DNA of 64,000 nt, taken from assembly GCA_033442325.1 (NCBI GenBank), contig JAWQFM010000001.1:1322359-1386358 (forward strand). Reading direction: 5' to 3'. This DNA is from Salpingoeca rosetta. Lineage: Eukaryota > Protista > Choanoflagellata. The position numbers were made by a program, and so were the translations under genes. Shown here in pieces: positions 48,172 to 64,000 of the stretch (positions are counted from its first letter, which is position 1; each line of letters opens with the position of its first letter). The notes below the pieces were generated by a model. It ran no database searches and was not told where the DNA came from. It saw only the letters and a program-made list of their open reading frames with translations.

Positions 48172-48262
48172 GCGCCTGAGCGACGTGCTGTCTTCGACAC
48201 ACACGCACACACACACACACACACACATACACACACACGGGGATAAAACAACACACGAAAAA

Positions 48263-48315
<53 letters not shown>

Positions 48316-48518
48316 CACACACGCGCGCGCGCGCGCAATCTCTCCGTTACGTGGTCGTCTTCTTCTTGTTCTTCTTTTGTTCTGTTCTCTCACTCGTTCA
48401 TGCCGCGTGTGACACCTGTCACCCGTCTCCACCATGATCTGAGTTGATGCTGTCGGTGTTGCCTGGTGTCCTGGTTTTCCATCCATAAACGGTCCCTGAG
48501 TCTCTCGCATGCGAGCTG

Positions 48519-48578
<60 letters not shown>

Positions 48579-48829
48579 GTTCACATGTGTGTTTGGGGGA
48601 GGGAGATTTATTCCATCACTTGCTGCGGTTATCGGATTGTGTATTGAGGTCCATGCGAACAAACTTATCAGCATCGTGAAGACGGATGCCATGGACCAAA
48701 GAAAGCGATGAACAAATACTGGTGTGGATTGGCGGCCGGCGCCAGATAAAAATTAACACTTCACACGCACACACGCACGCACACACGCACAGATACAACA
48801 GCATTACAGGTGCAGTGCGACCGGGGTCG

Positions 48830-60458
<11,629 letters not shown>

Positions 60459-60586
60459 TGTTTGGTCGGTTTTTTTGTTTGGGGTTTGTGTGCGTGTTCG
60501 GTGGCCTGTGGGTAAAATGCATTTTGCCACAATGGTCTTCCCTTGGGAACAAGGCGCAACGGACACGCCGCCCAGAAGGTAAACAG

Positions 60587-60735
<149 letters not shown>

Positions 60736-60930
60736 ATGTGTGTGTGCGTGTTTGTGCGTGTTTGTGTGTGTGCATGCGTGCGTGCGTGTTTGTGTGTTTG
60801 TGTGTGATCTCCCTGGTTCACGATAATCATGATATAAACACGGTTGAGCTTCCTAGTTTATCAGTTGAGTCGGTGCCAGTCTCTTAGTTCTCCATTATGT
60901 ACTAGCGCTGCCTAAAAATGAGCCTTAAGC

Positions 60931-61010
60931 ATGCCAGATCGACTATACAAAGGCCGCGAGGGCGGCAACGTGACGGGACCCGATAGGGACATTACCTCAG
61001 GCACGCAAGG

Positions 61011-61087
<77 letters not shown>

Positions 61088-63935
61088 GTTCTCACACACA
61101 CTCACACACACACTGCACCACGCGTCATAGTTTGTTTTGATCGAGCGACAGCTCCATGCAACAGAACAGTCAGCCAAAGTGCTGCTGCGCGAGGCATTAC
61201 AGGCACAGTCCGACATTGACAGCGCATTCCAGGTGACACGCTCGTAGCAGGCGCTACCGTGTGGCGGCACAACTTTGCTTGCCGAGTTACGACGCACCAA
61301 CACAGAATCCGGGGTGTCCAGCCTGCGTTGTAGGCCCCCAATATGTGCAAGCACACGCTCGCACCGTCACAATGCTCACTCGCACACTTGTACGGCTTCA
61401 TCAAACGCGTACAACACAGATGAGCCAGGAGATTTGGCGCGATGAGCAACAGCGACGCAAGATGCTGTCGGACCATGTGTCCTCCATCACGCACGTGGTC
61501 AAGTCCCTGAACCGCGAGTTGGAGGCTGTTGAATCCCGCATCAACGAACAACTCGTCGGCGTTCGTCAGTACTGCCAAGCACTACAGTCCAAACTGGTGG
61601 GTGTCTGTCTGTCTGTGGGTGTCTGTCTGTCTGTCTGTGTATGTATGTGTGTCTGTGTGTTTCTGCGTGCGTCCGTGTGTGTCTCTTTGTGTGCCTGTCT
61701 GTGTGTGTGCGTGTGCCTGCCTGCCTGCCTATCTGTCTGTTTGTGTGCCTGTGTCTGCCTACCTGCACCTCTGTCTGCCTGCCCCCCTGCCGGCTCCATG
61801 AAAGCAATGCATGTCAAGTCGTAACACCGGTTACATACGGTTTACCATAATTTACTCTGCTTTTCGCTGCAAGGATGCAAGCTTTTCCCAGTTGGGATTC
61901 ACACACGTACAGCAGGAACACGTCAACGCACGTGTTCGGGAAGCGTTTCAAGCCGTCACCACCTCGCAACAGGCGTTTCAGGTGGGGCCACCACGCGCTC
62001 GTCTTTGCACAAGCACAAATACGCGCGACAGCCATGAAACGTTATGAATGTGGCACCTTCCACGCTCTCCTTTTCACACCTGCGCCCTCGCCCCAGCCAT
62101 ACGCCATGCCAACACCACCACGTGATGGCCGTGCGCTCATGATGCCAGCATCACCACCAATGACAAACAGACGGCCATTCAAGACCAGCTGCGACGGTTT
62201 GGCGAACGCGTGGATGCGCTCGCAGTGCAGGTGCAGCCGCCGCAACACACGTTGCTGAGACTTGCTGCTTGGGCTTGTGTATGTGTTGTGTTGTGCTTGT
62301 GCATGTGTTGTGCTTGTATGTTGTACACATGTTTCTCCATCAAGAGCGTTGATAAGCGCAAGCCCTGCTCGCTCGCACGTCACCACGAAATTCGGTGTCC
62401 ATGCTTGCTTCACCTCCAACACCACTTCAGGTCAACCACAGCCTTGCAAGCAAGACGTCGACGGACTCCATCGGACACATGCAGGCGACCGGTCTCACAG
62501 AAGCCCAGGCCGCACTCAACGTTCGCGTGGAGAACCTCGACGGAAAGGTCTGTCGGTCTGTCTGTATCTGTCTGCGTGGGGTGTGTGTGTGGGTGGGTGT
62601 GGGTGGGTGTGGGTGGGTGTGGGTGGGTGTGGGTGGGTGTGGGTGGGTGTGGGTGGGTGCGTGAGTGGGTGTGTCCGTCTGTATGTCTCTCTGTCTCTCT
62701 GTGTGTCTGCCTGCTGCCTGTGTGTGTGTGTGTGTGTGTCTGTGTGTGTCTGTCTGTGTGTCTGTGTCTGTGTATTCCTTCCTTATTGTCGACATCACGC
62801 CGCTGCAGGTCGGGCAGCTACTACGCGAGGTGCGTACGGCGCACGACAGCATGAATGATCTGCGGCTTCAGCAGCAACAGGAACACATGTCCGTGCAGGC
62901 CGCACTGGAGGACATTCGCCGCGCAATGGAACACGAACGGTGGGTCTGGCTTGCATTGCGAACTTGCGCTGCTTCCTTGCCTTCTTGCTTTGCCACCTTG
63001 CCTGCTTTGCCATCTTGCTTGCTTGGCTTGCTTGCTTGCTTGCTTGCTTGTCTTTTGGGTTATGCATTTACGTGTGTCGATCTGTCTCCTCACTGCTGCA
63101 TCGGTTTGCTCACGCACGCCCATGGTTCGTGTTCCGCTCACAGGGACGAACGCGAACGAAAGTCAGAAGACGCAGCAAAAGTATGACAGCGCGCGTGCAT
63201 GTATACATACATACATACATGCATGTGTGTGCATGTGTGTGTATGTGTCAAGCGAGGCGCTGCCAACACTGAAACATCCACAACACCACATCCACCCATG
63301 TGCAACCACACACACACATGTACGTCCACACATCCACTCACACACATCCACAAATAACCTTACGATACCTTGCAGTCCATGACCGCATTTGTGGAGGAGA
63401 AGTTGAAGGAGTTGCGCGAACAGCACGCGAGCGATCTGACTACAAAGACACAGACCATTCACTCAAAGCTCGCAGACGTCACGCGTGAAATACAGCAGCA
63501 AACACAACAGGTGTCCGTCCGTCTGTTTGGCCTGTGCGGGTGTGGGCATTGGTTGCAGCAGCGCCTGTTGTGTCTGTATGTCCTGATCATGTGTTGCCCC
63601 CGCATGTGCTCCCATGCCCATGATCAGTAATAATGTTTGTTCCACCAGCGCTCACGAGCCTATCGCCCATCGCACCACTTGCACTGCAGCTGTCGAGTGA
63701 GCAGGGGACACTTGCTGGCACACTCAAGACGGAAACGGGCCAGGAAGTGGCGAGGCTGGAATCTACCATCCATGCCCTCCAAGAATCGGTGCGGTCTTCA
63801 TGGAGTTGAATGCTGTTGAATGCTGTTGATGTTGCTGATGCACCCGCCGTCCTTTCGATACCGGTGTTGAGAACACGCTTCCACGTCGTACTTTGTCACC
63901 CATCCTCACGAAACATTATCTTCACACACACACAC

Positions 63936-63988
<53 letters not shown>

Positions 63989-64000
63989 CTCTCTCTCTCT
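60931..64000 (+). CDS. FAM81-like coiled-coil protein, multi-exon, 3' end outside window
   Basis: Spliced sequence [31 protein letters not shown]|[41 protein letters not shown] resembles FAM81A [26 protein letters not shown]...[26 protein letters not shown]. Downstream exons are heptad-rich. Confidence 0.65.
62585..62660 (+). repeat. (GTGGGTGGGT)n G-rich intronic repeat
   Basis: About 7 tandem 10-bp units, each with two GGG runs. Confidence 0.85.

Overview
Intron-rich eukaryotic DNA, with (CA)n/(GT)n microsatellites in most introns and many polyQ tracts. The mix of animal-type genes and a fungal-type LYS2 suggests a choanoflagellate, and the style resembles Salpingoeca rosetta (inference, not verified). 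Most entries in the ORF track are microsatellite artefacts, so I spliced genes by eye at GT-AG junctions; family assignments rest on remembered motifs, not database searches. Ten genes are supported, in order: (1) a Costars-domain ABRA/STARS-like protein (-, runs off the left edge), (2) a STIL centriole-duplication homolog (+), (3) gamma-synergin (-), (4) DEPDC5/Iml1, a GATOR1 subunit (+), (5) V-ATPase proteolipid c (-), (6) a cytosolic sulfotransferase (+), (7) protein kinase C (+), (8) alpha-aminoadipate reductase LYS2, an NRPS-like A-T-R enzyme (+), (9) MEGF8/attractin-like receptor (-), (10) a FAM81-like coiled-coil protein (+, runs off the right edge). Eight of the ten form head-to-head pairs with 154-472 bp between ATGs. 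Main oddities: a proteolipid c with Cys-rich extensions at both lumenal ends, a PKC with no C2 domain, a DEPDC5 apparently lacking its DEP domain, a STIL with a full N-domain and a truncated STAN-like end, and a MEGF8 tail with a variant MASRPF motif. I found no RNA genes, CRISPR arrays or mobile elements, and no wholly new multi-gene system that I can support with confidence.
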